Shown here piece by piece: positions 10,222-19,152 of a stretch of DNA of 64,000 bases. The stretch spans positions 2,752,001 to 2,816,000 of the forward strand of contig OZ244197.1 in NCBI GenBank assembly GCA_965216785.1, written 5' to 3'. Numbering within the stretch: the stretch's first letter is position 1; every line of letters starts with the position of its first letter. This DNA comes from Thermodesulfobacteriota bacterium (GTDB lineage Bacteria > Desulfobacterota_D > UBA1144 > Nemesobacterales > UBA2774). The position numbers and the translations under genes are program-made. Below the pieces are notes generated by a model. That model saw only the letters and a program-made list of their open reading frames with translations, had not been told where the DNA came from and ran no database searches.

Positions 10222-10269
10222 GTAGTTGATTATATCTCGCCAACGAAGCTTTGTCAACCAGTTGGTTGA
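10214..10269 (-). promoter_or_regulatory. Sigma70 promoter with two ArsR-type palindromic operators
   Basis: Minus strand TTGACA (10257-10252), 17-nt spacer, TATAAT (10234-10229). Palindromes TCAACCA-GT-TGGTTGA (10254-10269) and TCAACCA-TG-TAGTTGA (10214-10229). Confidence 0.8.
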
Positions 10270-10326
10270 ATATTATTTTTCTTTGACTATTTGCGAGAAT
10301 TTACATGACGGCTAAAATGTAAGACC

Positions 10327-11151
10327 ATGATGAAAATGTTTATTCGCCCTCTGACATTGCTGCTCTTTATATTCACTGCGGTTACAGCCTTTGCTGATCA
10401 AAATAACTCGACTCAGTCTATCGGGGCTTACACCGCCGGGTGTATAAGGAACGCCGCGGCGCTTCCTAAGGACGGGAAAGGATATCAGGTGATTAGACTC
10501 GGCAGAGGCAGATTTTTCGCCCACCCTGAGACCTTGGATTTCATTACGACATTGAGTGAGAAGGTTAACGAAGAGCTCGGCGGGCTTCTCCTGATCGCAG
10601 ACATAGCCCAGCAGACTGGGGGGCCGATGCCCGATGACCATTCTAGCCACCAGACAGGTCTTGACGCTGACATTCTGTTCTGGCAGCACCCGGTGGCCAA
10701 AGAGCGAACGCTTAGTGTAAAAGAGAGGCAGTACATCAATCCGCGCTCAGTATTGTTTCCGGGCGGATATGGCATAGACCCTAATAAATGGAGCACTATG
10801 CAGGAGCAGATACTTATGCTCGCGGCATCAGACCCGAGGGTAGACAGGATATTTATTAACCCGGTTATCAAAAGGAAGTTATGCGCAAACTACGGAGGTC
10901 AGGACTGGCTTGCGAAGATGCGCCCCTGGTACGGACACGACGGACATTTCCATGTGAGGCTTAAGTGCCCAAAAGGGAGCGTATCGTGTGAGGCACAGGC
11001 ACCTCTACCGAATTTCGGGGACGGATGCGACGAGCTAATAACCTGGTTTAGAGAAGACGGCACTGTGAAGACAAGAAAAAAGAGCGGATCGTACGTGCCG
11101 AAAAAGCTACCTGATGAATGTATCGCGATTATGAACGGAAAACATGAATAA
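10327..11151 (+). CDS. mepA: Penicillin-insensitive murein endopeptidase
   Basis: SIGAYTAGC, HSSHQTGLDADI, RPWYGHDGHFHVRLKCP motifs; signal peptide. Confidence 0.92.
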   Translation: MMKMFIRPLTLLLFIFTAVTAFADQNNSTQSIGAYTAGCIRNAAALPKDGKGYQVIRLGRGRFFAHPETLDFITTLSEKVNEELGGLLLIADIAQQTGGPMPDDHSSHQTGLDADILFWQHPVAKERTLSVKERQYINPRSVLFPGGYGIDPNKWSTMQEQILMLAASDPRVDRIFINPVIKRKLCANYGGQDWLAKMRPWYGHDGHFHVRLKCPKGSVSCEAQAPLPNFGDGCDELITWFREDGTVKTRKKSGSYVPKKLPDECIAIMNGKHE

Positions 11152-11162
11152 TCGGGTATTAC

Positions 11163-11714
11163 CTATTCATAAATCTTAGAGATTTTCTCACTATCCTCAG
11201 CACCAGCTGTCTTATCTGGCGTTTCCTTGTGCGGGCACTCTAGCGGTCCGTCCCAGACTATCTCTGACTCGTTTGAATTGAGGAACTCCGTACCCACTTT
11301 CCTAGCACCTGTGAAGATGGCGCCTTTTAGGTTCGTGCGCTCAAAATCAACTCCGTTAAGCTTTGAGTTTATAAAGCAAGCGCCCTCGAGGTTTACGTCT
11401 GTGAAGTCAACACCGCTAAATTTAGCGCCGGTGAAGTCGGCCTTTGACAGATCGGAGAACTCAAAATCTACAGCATAGAACTTAGCGCCGACAAAGCTGT
11501 GGCCCGAAAAATCGACCCCTGTGAAGTCGTGGCTCTTGTATACCTCACCGTCATGCACAGTGTTCACCGCATCAACATCCTCTTGAGACGGATCTTCGCT
11601 AAGTTGCTCTGACTCAATGTTATTCTCTACTTGAGTCTCTTGCTCAGCGTATGTGACATGACACAGATATAGTAATACTGTTAATACCAAGAGCGAGTAT
11701 CTGACTGCGCTCAT
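11163..11714 (-). CDS. Exported pentapeptide-repeat protein
   Basis: Signal peptide; tandem F/L-x4 pentapeptides (FTGVD FSGHS FVGAK ... FTGAR). Confidence 0.8.
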   Translation of the reverse strand: MSAVRYSLLVLTVLLYLCHVTYAEQETQVENNIESEQLSEDPSQEDVDAVNTVHDGEVYKSHDFTGVDFSGHSFVGAKFYAVDFEFSDLSKADFTGAKFSGVDFTDVNLEGACFINSKLNGVDFERTNLKGAIFTGARKVGTEFLNSNESEIVWDGPLECPHKETPDKTAGAEDSEKISKIYE

Positions 11715-11858
11715 TAACTATTCTCCTACAGTCTCCCATCAAGACTGGTAAAGTGAAGCTATATTATAGACTAATATGTCCATAATTGGAATAAAGGCTA
11801 TAAAAATTAGCGTAAACCGAGAATTTCGGCTTCATATTTCCTATCTGAGGGTTAAAAT

Positions 11859-13268
11859 TTAACCGAGCTCGATCTTATCGCCGAGCTCGGGAATCTGTAT
11901 GTCCTTGAAACCTTCTTTCTTGAGCGCTGAGCGGAATGATTCCTGACGGTCAAGGTCACCGTGAACAAGATATATACTTTTAAGCTTATCCCTAGATAGA
12001 TTTGAGAGGTACTCGAGCATCTCCGGCTCGTCGCCGTGCGCGCTGTAGGAGTCCATTATCTTAACTTTTGCTTTAACACGGAGCTCCTGGCCGAATATCC
12101 TGATTTTCTTATCCCCTCTCCTAATCCTGGCTCCCAGAGTGTGAGGGGCACAGTATCCTACTATGAGCACGGTATTCCTCTTGTCTTCTACGTGGTTCAT
12201 GAGGTGGTGGAGGATGCGTCCTCCGGTCATCATGCCCGAGGCGCTGATAATAATGGCGGGGCCGTCCAAGTAATTAAGCTGTTTGGATTCGTCAGTGCGT
12301 TTTACGTACTTAAGGTCGTTAAAACGGAAGGGGTTTGGGTCATCCAGCATATACTCACGTATGTCACTATCAAAACACTCTGGGTGGAGCCTGAACACCT
12401 CTGTAGCATTCACTGCCATGGGGCTGTCTACGAATACCGGAACTTCGGGAAGCCTTCCCTCTGTCTCTAGCTTATCAAGTGTGTGAACAAGCTCTTGTGT
12501 CCTTCCCACGCTGAAAGCGGGGATGATGAGTTTTCCTTTGTTATCAATACAGGTCTCTGTAATGATTGAGAGTAAATCTTCAACGTCCTGGGGAAGCTGG
12601 TTGTGTTTTTTACCACCGTATGTGGACTCGCAGATGAGGTAGTCGAGGTTCTCCATCGGCACCGGGTCTTTGAGTATCGGTCTGTCGGGTCTGCCGATAT
12701 CGCCGCTGAAACCAAAATATAGAGGGTCATCACCGTTCCGATCGATCCTGAGAGTAACGCTGGCGCTCCCGAATATGTGTCCGCTGTCTTTGAACATTAC
12801 GCTTACGCCTGGCTTCAGCGGATGCCAGGAGTCGTAGCTTATCCCCACGAAGCTCTGAAGTGAGTCCGTAGCGTCCTCTATTGTGTAAAGGGGTTTTGAG
12901 TCCTGGGGAAGCCCCCTCCTCTTTCTTCTTTTGTTATCGTAGTAAGCGTCGTTTTCCTGTATCTTGGCGCTGTCCAGAAGCATAACGGCAGACAGATCTC
13001 TGGTCGCGCTCGTGGATATTATTTCTCCCCTGTATCCGTCCTTTACAAGTCTTGGGATGCGTCCGCTGTGATCAATGTGGGCATGTGAAAGCACCATGTA
13101 GTCTATGTCGCCCGGGTCGAAAATCCAATTGGCGTTAAAGTCCTCAAACTCCTCGTCCCTCCCCTGGTAGAGCCCGCAGTCGAGCAGTATCTTGAATCCG
13201 TCGTCAAGCGTGAGTAGGTGGCAGCTGCCTGTAACCGTGCGGGCAGCGCCGCAGAACTGTATCTCCAT
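11859..13268 (-). CDS. MBL-fold/beta-CASP ribonuclease
   Basis: GAARTVTGS, LSHAHIDHSG, SGDIG, ESTYG, PAFSVGRTQE, SAHGD, LVHG motifs. Confidence 0.92.
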   Translation of the reverse strand: MEIQFCGAARTVTGSCHLLTLDDGFKILLDCGLYQGRDEEFEDFNANWIFDPGDIDYMVLSHAHIDHSGRIPRLVKDGYRGEIISTSATRDLSAVMLLDSAKIQENDAYYDNKRRKRRGLPQDSKPLYTIEDATDSLQSFVGISYDSWHPLKPGVSVMFKDSGHIFGSASVTLRIDRNGDDPLYFGFSGDIGRPDRPILKDPVPMENLDYLICESTYGGKKHNQLPQDVEDLLSIITETCIDNKGKLIIPAFSVGRTQELVHTLDKLETEGRLPEVPVFVDSPMAVNATEVFRLHPECFDSDIREYMLDDPNPFRFNDLKYVKRTDESKQLNYLDGPAIIISASGMMTGGRILHHLMNHVEDKRNTVLIVGYCAPHTLGARIRRGDKKIRIFGQELRVKAKVKIMDSYSAHGDEPEMLEYLSNLSRDKLKSIYLVHGDLDRQESFRSALKKEGFKDIQIPELGDKIELG

Positions 13269-13363
13269 TTAGCGTCCTCTTGTCTGAACTTAGAATTTTA
13301 ATATGGATTATTTTCAACAAATTCTTTCAAGTATACAAGTAGCGATGAAAGCTATAAACGCAC

Positions 13364-13768
13364 TTACGTAACCTCTTTTTCCTCAGTATGCTTTACAGGC
13401 ACCGTTGTATGGGGGCTGCCGCAGCCTCCGTAACGGGGCGTTTCCTTACTTTCCCTGAACATCCAGGACAAACCGAAACCGAAGATTGCGCCGGAAACAT
13501 TTGCCAGCATATCGAAGTAAGAAAAGCTCCTGCCGGGTATTGGCAGCTGAAGGAATTCGAGCAGTATGCCCAGCGCTAATATTGATAGAAAAAGGTATAA
13601 CCTCGTATTGAAAGAGCGCGCAACAAAATAAGCGAATACAGCAAGTCCGCAGTAAGCTATGAAGTGGGCGATTTTATCGGAATTACCCGGAGCATCAATG
13701 CCTGAGAACGGGACGAGGCTCGATAGAATGAGTGCTATGAGATATATGAACGAGATAATTTTGAGCAT
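13364..13768 (-). CDS. VanZ family membrane protein
   Basis: DKIAHFIAY, EFLQ..IPGRSFS..DMLAN motifs; start uncertain (13768 or 13795). Confidence 0.8.
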   Translation of the reverse strand: MLKIISFIYLIALILSSLVPFSGIDAPGNSDKIAHFIAYCGLAVFAYFVARSFNTRLYLFLSILALGILLEFLQLPIPGRSFSYFDMLANVSGAIFGFGLSWMFRESKETPRYGGCGSPHTTVPVKHTEEKEVT

Positions 13769-13850
13769 TGTCGGTAGTTGTATAATTATATGCACATATT
13801 GACAGAATATACACTTTAATTTGATTTAGGGCCCTGGAGCATTATTACAT

Positions 13851-14028
13851 GAGAATGCCACAGTCGCTTTGATACTTCGCAACAACAAAAACAATTAATT
13901 CCCCCCACCCCCCTTTGCGTAAGGGGAAATAGATTGGTTTCACCCTACGACCGCGCCCTACGTGTGTGTGCAGGGTGAGCGGGTTTTATCACCCCCATCC
14001 TAGCCTTCCCCCCTCTAGGGGGAAGGGA
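13851..14028. repeat. Cluster of REP-like palindromes
   Basis: Includes ATCACCCCCATCCTAGCCTTCCCCC-CTCTA-GGGGGAAGGGA (13988-14028), related to 21005-21045 and 34127-34253, and CACCCTACGA...CAGGGTGAGCGG (13941-13982), related to 34055-34083. Confidence 0.65.
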
Positions 14029-14132
14029 ATACACGGATGTATTTTGCGACTGTTTTGATTTTGTGATATACATAATACTGTTTGAGAGAGGGAACCGAAT
14101 TTTGCTGTCTGAAAATTTAGAATAGACCTAAC

Positions 14133-15143
14133 ATGAGCACTTTAGCAAAGCCCAAAACACTCTGGATTAAAGATCCTAAATTTGACCTTATCTATTTAAG
14201 CTTTGGGTGGATTGCCATATATCTGGCTTTTGTAATATTCGAGAATTACTTTGCTACGATTTTAATAATAGTGGCAGCTACAAGCTTCGTTCACAGACAC
14301 TATACGTTCGCCCTAGTATACGGACAGAAAGAAGAGTTTGATAAGCGAAAACGGGCTTACATACTGCTTCCGATCGCTTTTTTGGTTATAGCAGTCACAT
14401 TTTATAAGCTTAATATCTTTTCCGTTCTGCTTGCTGTTTCGATAGTTTGGCTCATGTACCATACTATCGCTCAAAAATACGGTCTTACCAGAATATATTC
14501 CAGAAAAGCGGGTTATGGAGAGGCTTGGCTGGATAAGGGGATCATATATTCCTGGTTTGTTTATTTGTTCTTTGCGCTTGGTGAAAGGAACAGGGGTCTC
14601 CTAAATGAGTATCATGAAGGACGGACCCTGATTAAGTATCTGGGAGATTATTTCAACATATTTACAACGATATCCTACATTGCGCTTGCGGTAGCTATCG
14701 CAATTACCGCCGTTTACATATATGTGGAGCTTAAGAACTGGGATAAGATCAGTCTGCCGAAAAACATTTTCGTAATTTCAGTATTACTACTGTACGCCAT
14801 ATTCTTTCAAAACCTGGTTATTGGATTTTTAGTATTCGGATTCTCACACGCGATTGAATATATAGCATTCGTGAACCTGTTCGTTAACTCAAAGTACAAA
14901 AAAAGACCCGACACGGGGAGCTTTTTCTCCAAAGTTACCAAAAAACAGTGGCTGTACGCAGGGATATTCACTGTGATTCTGGCCACAATCAGCGTTGCGG
15001 GCTTGAATATAAACGAATACGTTCTCGGGCTTTATATAACCGGCTCTTCATTCCTCCACTTCATATACGACGGCTGGATCTGGAAGGTGAGCAAGCCCGA
15101 AGTATCAAAACCGCTCGATTTGAAACCTATTACACCTTCTTAA
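14133..15143 (+). CDS. Multi-pass membrane protein with four His-containing motifs
   Basis: About 10 hydrophobic segments; HRHYTF, YHTIAQKYG, HAIEY, HFIYDGWIW. Confidence 0.65.
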   Translation: MSTLAKPKTLWIKDPKFDLIYLSFGWIAIYLAFVIFENYFATILIIVAATSFVHRHYTFALVYGQKEEFDKRKRAYILLPIAFLVIAVTFYKLNIFSVLLAVSIVWLMYHTIAQKYGLTRIYSRKAGYGEAWLDKGIIYSWFVYLFFALGERNRGLLNEYHEGRTLIKYLGDYFNIFTTISYIALAVAIAITAVYIYVELKNWDKISLPKNIFVISVLLLYAIFFQNLVIGFLVFGFSHAIEYIAFVNLFVNSKYKKRPDTGSFFSKVTKKQWLYAGIFTVILATISVAGLNINEYVLGLYITGSSFLHFIYDGWIWKVSKPEVSKPLDLKPITPS

Positions 15144-15177
15144 CGCATCTAAACAATCCGCTTTAAGAAATATATTA

Positions 15178-15206
15178 TTGACCATTTGTTCAACTTTATG
15201 TATTTT
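15178..15206 (+). promoter_or_regulatory. tetR promoter with overlapping palindromic operator
   Basis: TTGACC-N17-TATTTT; TTGACC-ATTT-GTTCAA (15178-15193) matches the perfect palindrome at 15806-15821. Confidence 0.7.
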
Positions 15207-15213
15207 ATCTTCT

Positions 15214-15789
15214 ATGGGAAGGCCGTACGAATTTGATAAAAATGAGACCCTTTCAAAGGCGATGGACGTCTTTTGGGAAAAGGGTTATAAAGCAACGAGC
15301 ATTGACGACCTCGTGGACAGAATGGGTATACAGAGAGGGAGTATCTATAACACTTTTGGAGATAAGAGGGAGCTGTTCCTTTCGGCTGTGGAGCACTATG
15401 GGGACGTAGTGACATCGAGGACTCTAAAAGTGCTTGAGGCGGACGGCTCACCGATTGAGAACATCAAAAAGTTTTTCGATATCATAGTGAATACACCTCC
15501 TGACAGTAGATCCAAGGGGTGTCTTATTAGTAACACTGTGGTGGAGCTAGCCCCCCACGACGAAGAAGTAGCCGACGTGGTCAAAGGGATAATGAAGAAG
15601 ATTCAGACCGCGTTTCAAAATTGCCTTGAGAGAGCGGTCGAGGCAGGCGAATTGCCTGAGACTACCAACACAAGGGTTCTGTCTAATTTCCTGGCTACAA
15701 GCACTCACGGGCTAATCGTTACAGGGAAATCGATACCTGATAAAAAGCAGCTAAAAGATGTGGTAGATGTGATTTTATCTACACTTTAA
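15214..15789 (+). CDS. TetR/AcrR family regulator (NemR/ComR-like)
   Basis: MGRPYEFD, FWEKGYKATSIDDL, SIYNTFGDK HTH region; GCLISNT motif. Confidence 0.9.
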   Translation: MGRPYEFDKNETLSKAMDVFWEKGYKATSIDDLVDRMGIQRGSIYNTFGDKRELFLSAVEHYGDVVTSRTLKVLEADGSPIENIKKFFDIIVNTPPDSRSKGCLISNTVVELAPHDEEVADVVKGIMKKIQTAFQNCLERAVEAGELPETTNTRVLSNFLATSTHGLIVTGKSIPDKKQLKDVVDVILSTL

Positions 15790-15805
15790 AAAATTTTGGG
15801 ATTTA

Positions 15806-15821
15806 TTGAACAGATGTTCAA
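15806..15821. promoter_or_regulatory. Putative TetR operator upstream of the AhpD-like gene
   Basis: Perfect inverted repeat TTGAAC-AGAT-GTTCAA. Confidence 0.7.
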
Positions 15822-15852
15822 CAACAAAACACACTATTAGGAGGTAGTAGAT

Positions 15853-16374
15853 ATGGCTAAGATTCCATACGTTGAAAAGGAGAACGCTCCTGAGAACGTA
15901 CAGGCGGTATATGACCAGCTTCAGGGGATGTTCGGTGTTGTACCAAACGTTATAAAGGCTATGGCGAATGCGCCGGAGCTTATGATGGGCTTTATGCCGT
16001 TTTTAGGCGCTGCGCTCGGACCAAGTAAGGTGGATAACGCTACAAAAGAGCTTGCTATTTTGACAACGACCAAGCTCAATGGCTGCACTTATTGCACAGC
16101 TCATCATTCGGCGGCGGGCAAAAGAGCCGGGCTTACGGATGAGCAAATCGCGGCGGCAACCGATGAGACGAACGACGCTTTAGACGACAGACAGAAGGCG
16201 GTCGTAAGATACGCAAAGGAGCTCGCGCAGAATGTCGCGGCAAGTCAGGAAGCACTGGATGAGATGGCAAAACATTTCGATGATGCACAAATCGCTGAGC
16301 TTAATATGGTAGCCGGAACATTTCATGTATTAACGAGATTTGCGGATACTTTTAAAGTAGAACTTGAAAAATGA
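15853..16374 (+). CDS. Carboxymuconolactone decarboxylase/AhpD-like peroxidase-related protein
   Basis: KELAIL..T..NGCTYCTAHH (E-x11-CxxCxxxH) motif; AGGAGG SD. Confidence 0.85.
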   Translation: MAKIPYVEKENAPENVQAVYDQLQGMFGVVPNVIKAMANAPELMMGFMPFLGAALGPSKVDNATKELAILTTTKLNGCTYCTAHHSAAGKRAGLTDEQIAAATDETNDALDDRQKAVVRYAKELAQNVAASQEALDEMAKHFDDAQIAELNMVAGTFHVLTRFADTFKVELEK

Positions 16375-16398
16375 TTTGTAAGGTGCTATAATCAGTAT

Positions 16399-16470
16399 GA
16401 AACCAGATTAAGGGCTTGGTTTGGACACCCTCTTCCAACCTCAACCAGACATCCAAACCAAGCCTTTCCT
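16399..16470 (+). ncRNA. Candidate small RNA (16-bp hairpin, 26-nt C-rich loop); may double as terminator
   Basis: Stem 16410-16425/16452-16467; preceded by TTGAAA-N17-TATAAT (16364-16392) with TG extension; no ORF or SD follows. Confidence 0.5.
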
Positions 16471-16481
16471 TTCATTATATC

Positions 16482-16817
16482 CTAAAATTTACTTAATTTA
16501 CAGTGTTTTATTGCTTCTTCGAATTCTTTTATACTTTCTGCCCTTCCTGAATCTCGGGAATCTCCACCTGTAATATCAAATACAAGTTTTGAATACTCCT
16601 CGTTTGAAAGTTTTTCTAATAGCATTTTAGAAGCGCAGTCACACCTGGCGTCGCATAAAGAAGAGTCTCCGAATTCAAGAACACACTCTCTTACGCAGTA
16701 GGCATTGAGTTTTTCCTCCGGGGTTTCATTACTACTTACGCCGCAAGAGGTGTAAGCAAGAATGCTTCCAAATAGGAGGAAAATCAGGACATGCATATTC
16801 AGGGTTTTAATTAACAT
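16482..16817 (-). CDS. Cys-rich hypothetical lipoprotein
   Basis: Lipobox-like YTSC; CVREC, CDARCDC and terminal Cys; abuts the upstream gene. Confidence 0.6.
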   Translation of the reverse strand: MLIKTLNMHVLIFLLFGSILAYTSCGVSSNETPEEKLNAYCVRECVLEFGDSSLCDARCDCASKMLLEKLSNEEYSKLVFDITGGDSRDSGRAESIKEFEEAIKHCKLSKF

Positions 16818-17441
16818 CTATTTTTTATCACCCTTTCCAAGATCTATCGTAACGGCTTGTTCCCTATACTGTGAGGGGCCGAGAGTGAGCTTGTTACCCT
16901 CTAAAGTGACTTTGCCGCTATCCCTGTCGCCGAGCGTGATCTGACCGATGCAGGTAATTATGAGCCTTCTGTCCTGAGTCTTGTTGTTCTCATTATCAAA
17001 GCTCCAATAATTCTTAAAAGAGTCTTTGATCAGAAATATAGACTCGGCAACCATAGTGCCGCCCGTGCTCGAGCGGGTTGCGAGAACGAACAAGCCGCTG
17101 TCTGACTTGCCGAGATATTTATATGCGAAGCTGCCTTTCCCGCCCTCATCGAGATCGTATCCATAGCTAATGTATCCATCCTCGCCGGTATTAAACGGCA
17201 TATAGAATTCGTTACTCGTTACGCATGCCCTGACATCCACAGACCTGACAATCGGGGGTGGAGAATCAGCCATGGAGACGTCAAACTCTCTGACGCAGCC
17301 CGGATGCACTGGCTTTAGCTGGTAGGTAAAATCATGAAGGATATCTTTTATGGCAGCGACGAGTGTCTCGGGCTGTTGATCCGCACAAATTCCCGGGACC
17401 GAGATCGAAATAAATAGAGCTATTGCAAGTAGGTATTTCAT
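16818..17441 (-). CDS. Exported hypothetical protein
   Basis: Signal peptide; GGGAGG SD; PVHPGC motif; 207-aa ORF. Confidence 0.65.
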   Translation of the reverse strand: MKYLLAIALFISISVPGICADQQPETLVAAIKDILHDFTYQLKPVHPGCVREFDVSMADSPPPIVRSVDVRACVTSNEFYMPFNTGEDGYISYGYDLDEGGKGSFAYKYLGKSDSGLFVLATRSSTGGTMVAESIFLIKDSFKNYWSFDNENNKTQDRRLIITCIGQITLGDRDSGKVTLEGNKLTLGPSQYREQAVTIDLGKGDKK

Positions 17442-17586
17442 AACGGCTTGCCTCCCATATACTTTCTTATCTTCTCTTTAAATAATTTATTTGACCAATC
17501 CAGTGTACCATTATTCGCGAGCTTGTGTATATTGGATAAGACAAATAAAAAACTGCGTTAGCCTGAGCTTAAATATACACCTAAAA

Positions 17587-19143
17587 ATGTTTATAGACCT
17601 CGCAATAATACTCACATACTTCGTTGTAATAATGGTTATCGGTATATGGAGCCGAGTAAAATCGGACGTCGGCGTGGAGGAGTATTTCCTTAGCTCGCGC
17701 TCTCTTAAGTGGCCATATATAGCGGTATCCACTATTGCGACTAACATACAAGCAAACCACTTTATTGCCGTGGCCGGCTCGGCGTACGTGTTCGGGCTTG
17801 CGCAGGCAAATCTGGAAATTAACGCTGTATTCGGAATCCTGGTGGCGGCGTTCATATTCGTACCTATATACCTTCGAATGAGGGTCGTTACGATCACACA
17901 GTTTTTCGAGGCCAGACTGGGATCGAAGGTGGCGCTCGCGTATTCGGTATTTATGATAATCCTGTATTCGTGCATGTACCTGGGGACTGCGCTATTTTGG
18001 GCGGCGTACGCAATACACGGAGTGTTCGGGGAATTATTTAACTCGATCAACCTGAGCGTACCGGCAAGAATTGCGGTGCTTATTGTAATAACAGGGACTT
18101 TCTCTGCGGCCTACACATACCTGGGTGGATTGAGAGCGGTCGTGAGGACCGACGTAGTGCAGTTCTTTTTACTAGTTCTGGGAGGGTTTGTGATATTGTG
18201 GGTGGCGGTGAGCCACCTGGGAGGGTTCTCGGAGCTCTGGAGCACTACGGGGGACATGATGCATCTTCACTTACCGAGCGACCATGATACCCTGCCCTGG
18301 ACCGCTATACTGGGGATGCTGCTGCTTAATCTGAATTACTGGGGCGCAAACCAGGTGATACTGCAGCGCGCGCTTGCGGCAAAGGACCTTAAGCAGGCTC
18401 AGATCGGGCTTCTGGTGGGAGGGGTGCTGAAGTATGTTATGGCTATGCTAATAATTATCCCCGGTATTGCACTTGCAGGCATACTAAAAGAAAACCCCCT
18501 TAAAGACCCGGACCTTACCTATCTGACACTGGTTAACGACTACCTGCCGGCAGGCATACGGGGGCTTATATTGACAGGCCTCTTCGCGTCGCTTATGAGT
18601 ACGCTCGACTCAATATTTAACTCAGTCTCGACCCTGTGGTCGATAGATATATACAAAAAATATATTAACCCCCGTGCGTCAGAGGCCCGAACCGTGCAAG
18701 TGGGACGGTATTCGATAGTGGCGTCTTTAATAACGGGCGCGCTGTTTGCTTTCGTTGTAGTCTACGTGAAGTTTGGGAACCCAGGGTTTCCGCTCACCCA
18801 CTGGTTTAACTCGATGTCTTATTACATCAAGATCGGGTTTGTGATAATAGTGATGTCTGCTATGTTCTTGTATAAACCGAACAGGCATCTGGTGCTCTTT
18901 ACAATGCTTATTAGCGTAGTTATTACATACGCTTTTCAAACGCTTCTTCCCGAGATGAATTATTTTGTGAGAACGGCATGGGTGATAGTAATCGGGTTTT
19001 TGATGATTGCTGTACCGACAATAGTAAAGAGCGGGTTCAGGCTTCCTCAGGATAGGTTATTTGAAGTATCGCACAGGAGCGTGCTGCATTTCGGGATTAT
19101 ATTGGCGTTATCGCTTGTTGGAGCGCATATTGTACTTCATTGA
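17587..19143 (+). CDS. Sodium:solute symporter (SSS/SLC5 family)
   Basis: EYFLSSRSL, YTYLGGLRAVVRTDVVQ, YWGANQVILQR, ASLMSTLDS..NS motifs; ATG 17587 preferred. Confidence 0.9.
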   Translation: MFIDLAIILTYFVVIMVIGIWSRVKSDVGVEEYFLSSRSLKWPYIAVSTIATNIQANHFIAVAGSAYVFGLAQANLEINAVFGILVAAFIFVPIYLRMRVVTITQFFEARLGSKVALAYSVFMIILYSCMYLGTALFWAAYAIHGVFGELFNSINLSVPARIAVLIVITGTFSAAYTYLGGLRAVVRTDVVQFFLLVLGGFVILWVAVSHLGGFSELWSTTGDMMHLHLPSDHDTLPWTAILGMLLLNLNYWGANQVILQRALAAKDLKQAQIGLLVGGVLKYVMAMLIIIPGIALAGILKENPLKDPDLTYLTLVNDYLPAGIRGLILTGLFASLMSTLDSIFNSVSTLWSIDIYKKYINPRASEARTVQVGRYSIVASLITGALFAFVVVYVKFGNPGFPLTHWFNSMSYYIKIGFVIIVMSAMFLYKPNRHLVLFTMLISVVITYAFQTLLPEMNYFVRTAWVIVIGFLMIAVPTIVKSGFRLPQDRLFEVSHRSVLHFGIILALSLVGAHIVLH

Positions 19144-19152
19144 TTAACTTAA

